A DNA stretch of 64,000 nt. Origin: Acidobacteriota bacterium. GTDB taxonomy: Bacteria; Acidobacteriota; UBA890; WLXD01. A program made the translations under genes and the position numbers. This document shows, one piece after another, positions 1-8,951 of this stretch (positions are counted from its first letter, which is position 1; each line of letters begins with the position of its first letter). The notes under the pieces were generated by a model. That model did no database searches. It was not told the origin of the DNA and saw nothing but the letters and a program-made list of their open reading frames with translations. The stretch covers positions 160,001-224,000 of the forward strand of contig CAXWPH010000011.1 in assembly GCA_963666055.2 (NCBI GenBank), in the 5' to 3' direction.

Positions 1-25
1 TGGCATCTTCCCCAATCGGTTCGCC

Positions 26-413
26 CTAGCAGGCCGTGGTGAAAGTGTGGTGGGTCTGGTTACGGCGAGTTGGGGCCAGATGCAAGGCGGCCTGACACGG
101 GCGATGCCCTAGCAGGCCGTGGTGGAAGTGTGGCGGGCCTGGTTGCGGCGAGTTGGGGCCAGATGCAAGGCGGCCTGACACGGGCGATGCCCTAGCAGGC
201 CGTGGTGGAAGTGTGGCGGGCCTGGTTGCGGCGAGTTGGGGCCAGATGCAAGGCGGCCTGACACGGGCGATGCCCTAGCAGGCCGTGGTGGAAGTGTGGC
301 GGGCCTGGTTGCGGCGAGTTGGGGCCAGATGCAAGGCGGCCTGACACGGGCGATGCCCTAGCAGGCCGTGGTGGAAGTGTGGCGGGCCTGGTTGCGGCGA
401 GTTGGGGCCAGAT
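26..413. repeat. Tandem array of ~4.7 x 83-bp units, each the terminal 83 bp of the MITE
   Basis: CTAGCAGGCC recurs at 26, 109, 192, 275 and 358. Each unit runs from the MITE TIR to the MITE's internal CTAG. Units 2-5 are identical over their shared length; unit 1 differs by 4 transitions. Confidence 0.95.
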
Positions 414-603
414 CGTGACGAAGGTCCTGAAGAACAAGGAAGCGATGGAGGAGTACGTCGAGGAGGTGGCAGACGCTTTGGAAGACGCCATGGACGATGA
501 TCCGAAGGCGCGAAACATGTTTCTTTCCGCCGCCATGTCCGACAGCTCGTTCAGGGACCGCGTCGCCGATGCCCTGGTGCAGGAGATGATCGACGACGAG
601 TAG
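412..603 (+). pseudogene. 3' remnant of an acidic helical protein, 5' end replaced by the repeat array
   Basis: IVTKVLKNKEAMEEYVEEVADALEDAMDDDPKAR...IDDE* starts exactly where the repeat similarity stops; codon usage is gene-like. Confidence 0.6.
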
Positions 604-773
604 GAGTCACGGGCGCCAGCAGAGAGCTCAACTGTCAGGGTGGATGCGATCGGCGACTGCCAGCGCGGGTGGTGTGACCCGCGCTGGCAAGGGTGCGCCG
701 GTCGCCTCATGGACGTCAACGGCCAAAACAGACGCGTGGCTAACTCGAAAGTGGACGCGAACAGGGTAAGCAG

Positions 774-3025
774 ATGAGCTCCGGCTCCCGCGACAAGACC
801 CCTGATGCGCCCGCTCTCGGACGGCAGCAGTCGTCGTGGTCAGGCACAGCAGGATCCTCCTTGGATGGCCTGTTTGCCGGCGTTCGGTGGCTGCGGGGTA
901 GTGTCGACAAATATCCACTGTCGCCAATGTGGTCGGCCTCGCGCTCGGAATGTACCTCGGAAGCGTTTCAGTGCGCTTCGCTGACGGCGTCAACCGCGCA
1001 GTATCGGGCTTGGTGGGCGCGTATGAAGTAGTTGCTCCGGTCGTCGTCTTCCTGGTAGTGGCTCCAGCCCTGGGACAACTCGTCGCGAATCGGGACGGCC
1101 GTCCATTCATCGGCCGAGCAATGATCTGGCTCGCGTTCAACTGGCTCCTGGCCTGCGTGTGGGGGGCCGCGTTCACCGCGCTGGTATTCGGAATGCCGCT
1201 TCTGCCCCGCGGGACTACGGGGCCGTGGGAAGCGGCGACGACATCCCTGAGTGCTCTCTTCTACACGCTCGTCTACAGCAAGCTGTTCTTGGCTCTGTAC
1301 GCCGGAATCGGCTTGGCGCTCCTGGCTCGGCGAAGGCGTCACCTGCTGTCCGCTGTGGAGCGGTGCACCGCCGGCCTAGAGGTTGCCGGTGGGTACTTCG
1401 CAACCGTGGTCCCCCTGCTCATGCTTGCCGTAGGAGGGTATGTCGTCTCCCTCCCTCGAACGCTGCTCGGTGAGTTGAACTTGTCGAATCGCACCGCGCA
1501 ATTGCAGCCGGTCTCGCTCGTAGGCGCCGAGATCGATGTACGAACACCCGAGGGCATGTTGTTCTTCTACCTTGTCATCGCGCTGCTGACCGGTGCGGCG
1601 ACGATCATCTGGCATCTGAGCCTGCTGGCCCGCACCAAGCGTGTTTACCCCGCGTTCTCCCTTCGGCACTACTTCCGTCGTTACTGGCTAAAGCTCAATC
1701 CCCTTCTCTTTACGACTTGCTCAGAGAGTCTTGCCGCACCGCTGAACCTCTTCCTTGCGCGAACCCATTTCCCAGAGGTGCCGGCCGCAGTACGGCGGTT
1801 CTCCATCGCGGCAGGCGCCAGCATCGACCAGAACGGCACCCGCATCACCGCCTTTCTCGTCGCCGGCGCGGTCGCCGCCTTGTTGGGACTCCCGCTGTCT
1901 CTCATCGAGTTGCTGGCGGCGATTCCGCTGGTGATGCTCATTGGCTTGGCGATTCCTGGAATCCCCGGCGAGCTCGTGTTGTTCGCCGGCCCGCTTTCTA
2001 CTTTGTTCGGTGTCGACGCTACCATCGTGCCGGTCTTCATAGCCCTGTACGCCGGTCTGCAGTTCGGTTTCCCGGACTCCTTTCGCACCTGCGTGAACTC
2101 GTCAGATCGCCTGCCGGTAATGATGCTCGTTACCAAGCTCCTCGGAGCGCAACGACCAACACACGACGAGGTACTCGTAGCCGCAGCCGGTGAGTCAATG
2201 CAGCCTGTTGCCGCTCCTGCCGTGAGATCTCTTCCAGAGTTGCACCCGAGACCGCGCCGGCTTGTCGCCAGGCCGCGACTTCGCGACCGAGAGGTCAGGT
2301 GGATCTTCAAGCGAGCCGAGCCGCTCGCCCTCCTCCACGTGGTGTTGAATTCGTCCGCTGGCGACCGCTTCGGTCGTCGCCTTCTCGAGTGTCTGGAAGA
2401 TCCTGTTGCGATGGACGCGGTGAATCGCCTCGCAGAGGACAATGGCGTGAGCGACGCTGGACGGTATGTCTCGGCGAAGCTACGACACGGGTTAGTCCGG
2501 ACAGTGAGCGCTGGCGCCGGCAACGCCACGGCCTTGGTCCGCACCCAATTGGGGGACCGAGCGTTAAACGCACTCATCGCGCTCGAGCGGCGAATCGGCG
2601 CTGCAGCAGTCGCCACGATCTCCCAAGCCGACCTCGGGACCAACTGCTTACGGCTGTTCCTGCGCCTCTACACCGGCAACGGCAAGACGGCATCGACCGT
2701 GGCCGGGCGTGCCACGACCGCCTACTCCTGGGAGCGCGTGTCCGAGTTGACGATGTTTCTGCCACGCGGCATCGAGGCCCTTGCGGCCATCGAGATGCTC
2801 GCCAACGCGGGTCTGCTGATTTACGACGACGCGAAGCAAATGCTGATGCTTCCTTCCGTGAGGGCTCGTGCCTTCTACCAGTACCTGATCGCCCTCGGTC
2901 TCCTGATGAAGCACCACGGTCAGGAGAACTCGCCGCAACAACATCGGCGTAAGAGACGCCTTGCGACGGACGGCCAGGCGTGGACAGACAGCGCGAGCGT
3001 GCAAAAGGAGACCGTGCCGAGTTAA
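774..3025 (+). CDS. Divergent dicarboxylate/amino-acid:cation symporter (SDF/DAACS-like) fused to a ~250-aa soluble C-terminal domain; probable frameshift near 929
   Basis: Multiple TM helices; motifs TCSESLAAP, GASIDQNGT, PGIPG and DSFRTCVN match SDF HP1/TM7/HP2/TM8. The ATG 774 frame joins the 929 frame if one G is restored in ATG-(G)TG-GTC. Confidence 0.7.
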
Positions 3026-3056
3026 CACACCGTGAAAGAAGGCCGCTGCAACATCC

Positions 3057-3860
3057 ATGACAATGCGTAGACTTTTCCATCGGCTCGTGGTCGCTTTGGC
3101 GATCACCCTGACGTTCGGATCGGCGGTGGCGTCAGCCCAGGACGACAAGGTGAGCGCGGGGCGCCCCGGCGAGACGGAGGCTACCGACGTGATCTCCCCG
3201 GGGCAGGTCCAAATCGAAATGGGATTCAGTTTCGGTCGTGACACGGACGGCAGCAATGTCAGCAAGACGAGCGCGTTCCCGTCTACACTCGTTCGCTTGG
3301 GGCTAATCGATCGCCTCGAGCTGAACCTAAGCAGCGATGGTCTGCTCATTGAGAGCATCAGCGGCACATCTGGACGCCATCGTGATGCCGGCACTGGCGA
3401 TCCCGTGGTCGGCTTCAGGTACCACGTCGCAGACGGGAGTGGGTTGCTGCCGTCAGCCGCGGTAGTGGTATCTACTTCCCTCCCCGCGGCTGGAGAGCCC
3501 TTCGGCAACAGCCACAGCGACTTCAATGTAGCCTTCGCGGCCAGTCATTCCCTGGGCAGCGATGCCGCCTTCGACTGGACAATGTCGTACTTAGGCCCGA
3601 TCGGGAAGGCGGACGACGCTACCTCTCAACTTAGTTACGCGGCCGCACTGGGACTCGACATCACTACGAGACTCGGGACGTTCGTGGAGGTCTTCGGCGA
3701 CGTACCGAGCGCCGGGGGCTCGGACGGCAGCACCTCTGTCGGCGGCGGCTTCATCCGTTACATCGGACGTCACATGAGTGTAGATCTCTCGATCGCCGTC
3801 GGTCTCTCCGGAGCCTCTGAAGACTTGCGCTTTGGCTTCGGTTTGGTGGCGCATCTCTAG
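3057..3860 (+). CDS. Outer-membrane beta-barrel 'transporter' (MetA-pathway/Phenol_MetA_deg-like)
   Basis: Signal peptide ending ASA-Q; RPGETEATDVISPGQVQIEMG and GTGDPVVGFRY motifs; alternating beta pattern. Confidence 0.75.
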   Translation: MTMRRLFHRLVVALAITLTFGSAVASAQDDKVSAGRPGETEATDVISPGQVQIEMGFSFGRDTDGSNVSKTSAFPSTLVRLGLIDRLELNLSSDGLLIESISGTSGRHRDAGTGDPVVGFRYHVADGSGLLPSAAVVVSTSLPAAGEPFGNSHSDFNVAFAASHSLGSDAAFDWTMSYLGPIGKADDATSQLSYAAALGLDITTRLGTFVEVFGDVPSAGGSDGSTSVGGGFIRYIGRHMSVDLSIAVGLSGASEDLRFGFGLVAHL

Positions 3861-3924
3861 CCGAGATGACGACACCTCCAAGGGGACTCGACGTCGATCA
3901 AGCCAAACGCGAGAAGGAGAACAA

Positions 3925-4335
3925 ATGAAGATCACCGCTAGCGAAGCCTTGGCGCTGTACAGTGACAAGCGCTTCATCGGGTCACTGAAGGATGCGTTCT
4001 TGGCAAACAAGAAAGCTCGGGACAAGTTCACCAAGCATGTGGCCAGGAAATTGGCGAGCACCATGGAAGCACCTGGCGGTCGAACGCGGATCGTGCAACA
4101 ACTGCTGGCACACGACGCGATTCTGGGGGGCGCCAAGAACATGGTCGGGCGCCGCGGGCGTTTGGAGGCGGAGAATGACGCGACCACCGCCGGCCGGAAG
4201 GGAGCATCCGATTCCAGCGCGCCGGGGGCCGTCTCTGACACGGTTGGGCGGCGTGTGAAAAAGACCAATAAGAAGACGGGCGGGAAGAAGGCGCGGGCGA
4301 AGAAGCAGACGAAAAAGAAGCGTCGCCGCTCGTAG
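3925..4335 (+). CDS. Small basic protein with Lys/Arg-rich histone-like tail
   Basis: AAGGAG RBS before ATG 3925; C-terminus KKTNKKTGGKKARAKKQTKKKRRRS. Confidence 0.7.
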   Translation: MKITASEALALYSDKRFIGSLKDAFLANKKARDKFTKHVARKLASTMEAPGGRTRIVQQLLAHDAILGGAKNMVGRRGRLEAENDATTAGRKGASDSSAPGAVSDTVGRRVKKTNKKTGGKKARAKKQTKKKRRRS

Positions 4336-4600
4336 GATCACGGCCAAGAGCGTTTAACAGCTACGTGTGCTTGCGCGTAGGTTGTTCGACGTCGCCGGCT
4401 GGAGCCGTTCAACCCCGTGCCGAACGACACGGCCACGGGAACTCGTCGCGCTCATGCAGAATTTCTGCCTTCTCCGAGCGCCTCTCCTGATCTTGCCCGG
4501 ATCTTCGCTTCGAGTCCTCCAGATTCCAGGGAGGAGGTGACGGATTCCACCGTTGCCAGCTTGACAATGCTGCTCAGTAGATAGAAAAGCTGTAGCGTCC

Positions 4601-4878
4601 ATAGCAGGCCGTGGTGAAAGTGTGGTGGGTCGGGCGACAGGGTCTTGCGAAGTGGAGGCAAGGAGAGAGGAGGAGGCGATGGTTACCTATCGTTGACGAG
4701 GAACGACGCAGCTTACGCGCGCAACCCCCTGTCGCCCGAAGGGTTACGTCGATTTGGGGCCATTTGCGGTGTTGGCCTTCCTCGACGATGGCCGGGGCAT
4801 CGCCTGTGTCAGGCCGCCTTCCATCTGGCCCCAACTCGCCGCAACCAGACCCACCACACTTTCACCACGGCCTGCTAG
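4601..4878. mobile_element. MITE, full-length copy (~278 bp)
   Basis: Ends TAGCAGGCCGTGGTGAAAGTGTGGTGGGTC ... GACCCACCACACTTTCACCACGGCCTGCTAG; no transposase. Confidence 0.9.
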
Positions 4879-4916
4879 GCTCACTATCGACTCTTCGCCC
4901 TCACGGAGGGAACTAC

Positions 4917-6278
4917 TTGGCGGCTCAGCAGCTACCTGTGGAGAAGGCGACGACGACGGCACGCAGATCGGCGCCTCTCTATCCAGACTTCGACGTATTC
5001 CTCGCGTTGATCCTACCTTGTTGGCTCATCGTCGCCGCTTTGAGTGTCATCGTCTTCGTTGGACGAGGCCATCCTGCTAGCGAGGTTTTCTGGGCAGGCC
5101 CGGCGATCATGTGTCTCCACCTGGCCATCGGCCTGCTTGTAGCAGTGTTGCTGCGGGCTGGAATCGGAAGTAGCGAAGCCGCAATTCGTAGACCGAGCTT
5201 CGCGTCTCTGGCCCGCTACCTTCCCTTCTTTCTCGGAGGCATGATCGGTACGCTCACGGCAAACGCTGTGCGCTCGTCCCTTTTTCCAGAGTTTCTTCCC
5301 GGGTCGAGACCGCTCACCTCTACCGCGTTCTCGAGCGTGGCCGCAGTTGCGTGGGTTGTTGTGGCGATCGTTGCTCACCGCCTTACCGAGTTACGGTACC
5401 GGCGTCAAGCGTACCGACGACTCGTTCGGGCCCACACAACTGAACTCCAAGACCAGCTCAGCCTCCGCCAGGAGGCCCAGCAAGAGCGCGCTCGGCTGAA
5501 ACAGCAGTTGGTCCGCTCCCAGACCATGGAGGCGATCGGGCGGCTGGCGGCCAGCGTAGCCCACGACTTCAATAACCTGTTGACCACCATCAGAATAAGT
5601 GGTGATCAGCTGCTGGGAGGCCTCGATCGCGTCGACCCGCTCCGCCGGGACGCGGAGTACATTAGCCAAGCCGCCCAGCGCGCTGGTTCGCTCGTCCGGC
5701 GGTTGCAGACATTCAGCCGCCCGCAACCGCTTCAACCAACGGTGCTGGACATCAACAGTGTGATCAACGGGACAAAGAGCATGCTGCAGCGTTTGATACG
5801 CGAGGACATCGAGCTGTGCATCGTTCTTCAACCGCGCATCGGACGGGTAAAAGCAGACGTGGGCCAGCTTGAGCAAACAATCTTGAGTCTCGCGATCAAT
5901 GCCCACGACGCTATGTCGCTGGGTGGCCGGCTCACCATCGAGACAGCCAACGTCGAACTGGGTGAAGAGGATTGCTACGGTCAGCTTGATGCCAATGCAG
6001 GTCCCCACGTACGGTTGACGGTGCACAGCACAGGCTCGGGCATGGATGCCGAGACTCAGAGTCATTTGTTGGAGCCTTTCTTCACCACCAGGGAGGGTGG
6101 CCAGGCATCGGGCCTGGGTATATCCACCGTCTACAGCACGGTCAGACAGTGCGGTGGTCACGTCGAGGTCAACGGCAAGATGGGCCGGGGAACGACGGTC
6201 TCGATCTATCTGCCACGGATCGAGGAAGCGGTGCCGTCCCGGTCGGAAGAGGTTGAGGACCACTCCCTGCGCGGCTAG
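4917..6278 (+). CDS. Membrane sensor histidine kinase, probably C-terminally truncated (receiver domain lost)
   Basis: GGAGG 7 nt before in-frame TTG 4917; TM region; H-box LAASVAHDFNNLL, EPFFTTR and GLGIS. Its stop codon is the TAG of a MITE end. Confidence 0.85.
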   Translation: MAAQQLPVEKATTTARRSAPLYPDFDVFLALILPCWLIVAALSVIVFVGRGHPASEVFWAGPAIMCLHLAIGLLVAVLLRAGIGSSEAAIRRPSFASLARYLPFFLGGMIGTLTANAVRSSLFPEFLPGSRPLTSTAFSSVAAVAWVVVAIVAHRLTELRYRRQAYRRLVRAHTTELQDQLSLRQEAQQERARLKQQLVRSQTMEAIGRLAASVAHDFNNLLTTIRISGDQLLGGLDRVDPLRRDAEYISQAAQRAGSLVRRLQTFSRPQPLQPTVLDINSVINGTKSMLQRLIREDIELCIVLQPRIGRVKADVGQLEQTILSLAINAHDAMSLGGRLTIETANVELGEEDCYGQLDANAGPHVRLTVHSTGSGMDAETQSHLLEPFFTTREGGQASGLGISTVYSTVRQCGGHVEVNGKMGRGTTVSIYLPRIEEAVPSRSEEVEDHSLRG

Positions 6279-6469
6279 CAGGCCGTGGTGAAAGTGTGGT
6301 GGGTCTGGTTACGGCGAGTTGGGGCCAGATGCAAGGCGGCCTGACACTGGCGCTGCCCTAGCCATCGTCGAGGAAGACCAACGCTGCAGATGGCCCCAAA
6401 TCGCCGTAACCCTCCGGGCAACAGGGGGTTGCGCGCGTATGCTGCGTCGTTCCTCGTCAACGATGGGGT
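6275..6469. mobile_element. MITE, truncated copy (opposite orientation to the 4601 copy)
   Basis: One intact TIR at 6275; similarity ends at ...CAACGATGGGGT (6469). Confidence 0.9.
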
Positions 6470-6683
6470 GAGCCGGCAACGCTGACTTGACCCTGCCCAT
6501 CTGGCCCTCCCGCTGTCGGGCCGGCTTGTGCGAGACTTCTGCTCGGTTGTTCGCCTACGGTACTCGCTTTCGGAGACATTTCAGAGATAGGCAGCCCACC
6601 ACCGTTGAGCTACAACCATGTATTCGGTTGGGTAGATGACGGCACAGCCACGCTACGAGTTCCGAGTAACATGATCGGGAACG

Positions 6684-8435
6684 ATGCCCAACGACCCTCC
6701 AGTGCCAGCCATGATGCGACTGACGCCCGAATCGCCGCGTACCGACCCGCAGGGCGGCAGCTCCCTGGTCGGCGATAGCGATTGCCGACACAACTTCTGC
6801 CGCCATTTCGGTATGGGGGGGAGGAAGGAGAGCCAGCTCAAAGCGCGGCTGGCGTATGCGCTGCAAAACCGGCTGCGGGCGTTCGGCACTCTCATCGTGT
6901 TGGTGGCGGGGTTCGGGCTAACGCGCCACATCTTTTTCCCCGCGGACTTCTCGCTGCTCCCGCCGCTTTTCGTGTGGCTTACGGTCGCGGCGGCCACCGC
7001 CTACCTCTATAGGCGGCAAGAAGCGCCGCTCGGCCCGCTGCGCCTCATCGAGGGGTGGTTCTTTGCCGGCACCGTGATGGCGATGGCATTCCAGAGCTAC
7101 CACCTCATCCTCGAGGGAGCACGGTTGCCGATCGCCGAGGAAGCAGCCGCCATGACGATGCTCCACTGGTTCCGGCTCTGCCTGCACATGGCGCTCATCA
7201 TCGCGGCCTACGCCATGTTCATGCCGGCGAGCTGGAAGCGAACGCTGGCACATACGCTGCCGATGGCGGTGTGGCCCTTCGCCTTCGGCTGGTGGATGAT
7301 CGGCGCACATGCGGAGGTGGCGGCGGCCGCGGCGCAGCAGGCCGACTTCGAGAAGGTCTCGGCCGCGGCGCTCGCCATGGCCACGGCATTGAGTATCGCC
7401 GTCTTCGGCACCTACATCATCGACTCGTTGCGGCAGGCAGACTACGAGCGCGGCTTCGCGAGCCAGTACCACCTGGAGAAGAAGCTCGGCAAGGGCGGCA
7501 TGGGCGAGGTATGGCTGGCGCGCCACAACCTGTTGACGCGGCCGGCGGCCATCAAGGTGATCCGGCCCGAGATGCTGCGCGACAGCGGAGGCCCGTCGGG
7601 ATCGACCGCGATCACCCTGGCGATGAAGCGCTTCGAGCGGGAGGCGCAGGCTACCGCCACATTAACCTCGCCGAACACGATCGAGCTCTACGACTTCGGC
7701 ACCACGGAAGATGGTTCGTTCTACTACGTCATGGAGTATCTCGATGGGCTCGATCTTGACACGCTGGTCGAGAACCACGGGCCGGTCTCGATCGCCCGGG
7801 CCGTCTACCTACTCACCCAGGCCTGCGATTCCCTCGCCGACGCCCACGAGCACGGGCTGATCCACCGCGACGTGAAGCCAGCGAACATCTTCGCCACCCG
7901 CAAGGGAATCAACTACGACTTCGTGAAAGTGCTCGACTTCGGGCTGGTAAAGGACGTCGACACTTCCGAGAACGGGCGGACCCAGCTCACCGGAGAGGGT
8001 ATGGCCTCGGGCACTCCCGCCTATATGCCTCCCGAGATCGCGCTGGGCAAGAAGGATGTCGATCGCCGCGCCGACATCTATGCCCTGGGCGCGGTGGGCT
8101 ACTGGCTCGCCACAGGCCAGCTTGTCTTCGACTCCCGGTTGCCCATGGAGATGGTGGTCGACCACGTCAAGACCGAGCCGAAGGCCCCCTCATCCCGCAC
8201 CGAGCTAGCGATCCCGCAGCAGTTCGACGAGGTCATCCTGCGGACGCTCGCCAAGGATCCGGAAGGGCGCTTTCAAAGTATGCGCCAGTTTGCAGACGCC
8301 TTGCGCGATATCCCGACCGAGGGAACCTGGGACAACCGGCAGGCCGAGGGCTGGTGGAAGCTGCACGGTAACGGCTCCGGCGGCAACGGTGCCGCGGTCG
8401 GCGAAGCCGTCGACGCGAGCGCAACCGCCCATTAG
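6684..8435 (+). CDS. Membrane-anchored Hanks-type Ser/Thr protein kinase (start uncertain: 6684, 6711 or 6813)
   Basis: N-terminal TM helices, then LGKGGMGEVW, AIKVI, HRDVKPAN, DFGLVK and GTPAYMPPE. Confidence 0.92.
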   Translation: MPNDPPVPAMMRLTPESPRTDPQGGSSLVGDSDCRHNFCRHFGMGGRKESQLKARLAYALQNRLRAFGTLIVLVAGFGLTRHIFFPADFSLLPPLFVWLTVAAATAYLYRRQEAPLGPLRLIEGWFFAGTVMAMAFQSYHLILEGARLPIAEEAAAMTMLHWFRLCLHMALIIAAYAMFMPASWKRTLAHTLPMAVWPFAFGWWMIGAHAEVAAAAAQQADFEKVSAAALAMATALSIAVFGTYIIDSLRQADYERGFASQYHLEKKLGKGGMGEVWLARHNLLTRPAAIKVIRPEMLRDSGGPSGSTAITLAMKRFEREAQATATLTSPNTIELYDFGTTEDGSFYYVMEYLDGLDLDTLVENHGPVSIARAVYLLTQACDSLADAHEHGLIHRDVKPANIFATRKGINYDFVKVLDFGLVKDVDTSENGRTQLTGEGMASGTPAYMPPEIALGKKDVDRRADIYALGAVGYWLATGQLVFDSRLPMEMVVDHVKTEPKAPSSRTELAIPQQFDEVILRTLAKDPEGRFQSMRQFADALRDIPTEGTWDNRQAEGWWKLHGNGSGGNGAAVGEAVDASATAH

Positions 8436-8460
8436 GCGGCAGCGCACCCTCACGAGTGTC

Positions 8461-8729
8461 CTAGCAGGCCGTGGTGAAAGTGTGGTGGGTCTGGCGACAG
8501 GGTCTTGCGAAGTGGAGGCAAGGAGAGAGGAGGAGGCGATGGTTACCCCATCGTTGACGAGGAACGACGCAGGATACGCGCGCAACCCCCTGTCGCCCGA
8601 AGGGTTACGGCGAGTTGCAGCGTTGGCCTTCCTCGACGATGGCTAGGGCATCGCCCGTGTCAGGCCGCCTTCCATCTGGCCCCAACTCGCCGTAACCAGA
8701 CCCACCACACTTTCACCACGGCCTGCTAG
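8461..8729. mobile_element. MITE copy with ~10-bp internal deletion (269 bp)
   Basis: Perfect 34-bp inverted ends including CTAG at 8461-8464 and 8726-8729. Confidence 0.92.
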
Positions 8730-8819
8730 CCCGGGCAAATCCTGAGGTTCATGAGATCGCACTCGAACAACTTCTTTCGATATCCCTGTTGTTTGCAAGC
8801 GGAGGGCGCGCCATGAGAA

Positions 8820-8838
8820 TTAGGTTCCGCTAAACTAC
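8820..8838. promoter_or_regulatory. Putative DtxR/IdeR/MntR-family operator
   Basis: TTAGGTTCCGCTAAACTAC matches the DtxR consensus TTAGGTTAGSCTAACCTAA at 15/19; extra CCTAA half-site at 8851-8855; lies ~115 bp upstream of the operon. Confidence 0.55.
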
Positions 8839-8951
8839 GGTTCAGTCGTGCCTAATTTCGTGTCACGGTGGCCGCTCGGGAGAGATCCTCGAGCGCGACG
8901 ACGACTTCTTCGTCGGCGTCGGAAACTGCATCCGCTGGTAGCGAGGAAGTG

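Noticed and set aside
26-413. CRISPR array
   Set aside because: The 83-bp units are near-identical end to end with no unique spacers, derive from the MITE, and no cas genes are present.
4561-4590. Sigma-70 promoter at TTGACA 4561
   Set aside because: No acceptable -10 element at 16-18 bp spacing.
4611-4916. 102-aa N-terminal extension of the histidine kinase, and the other small ORFs containing HFHHGLL or HTFTTAC
   Set aside because: These are translations of MITE sequence; a GGAGG-TTG start exists at 4917.
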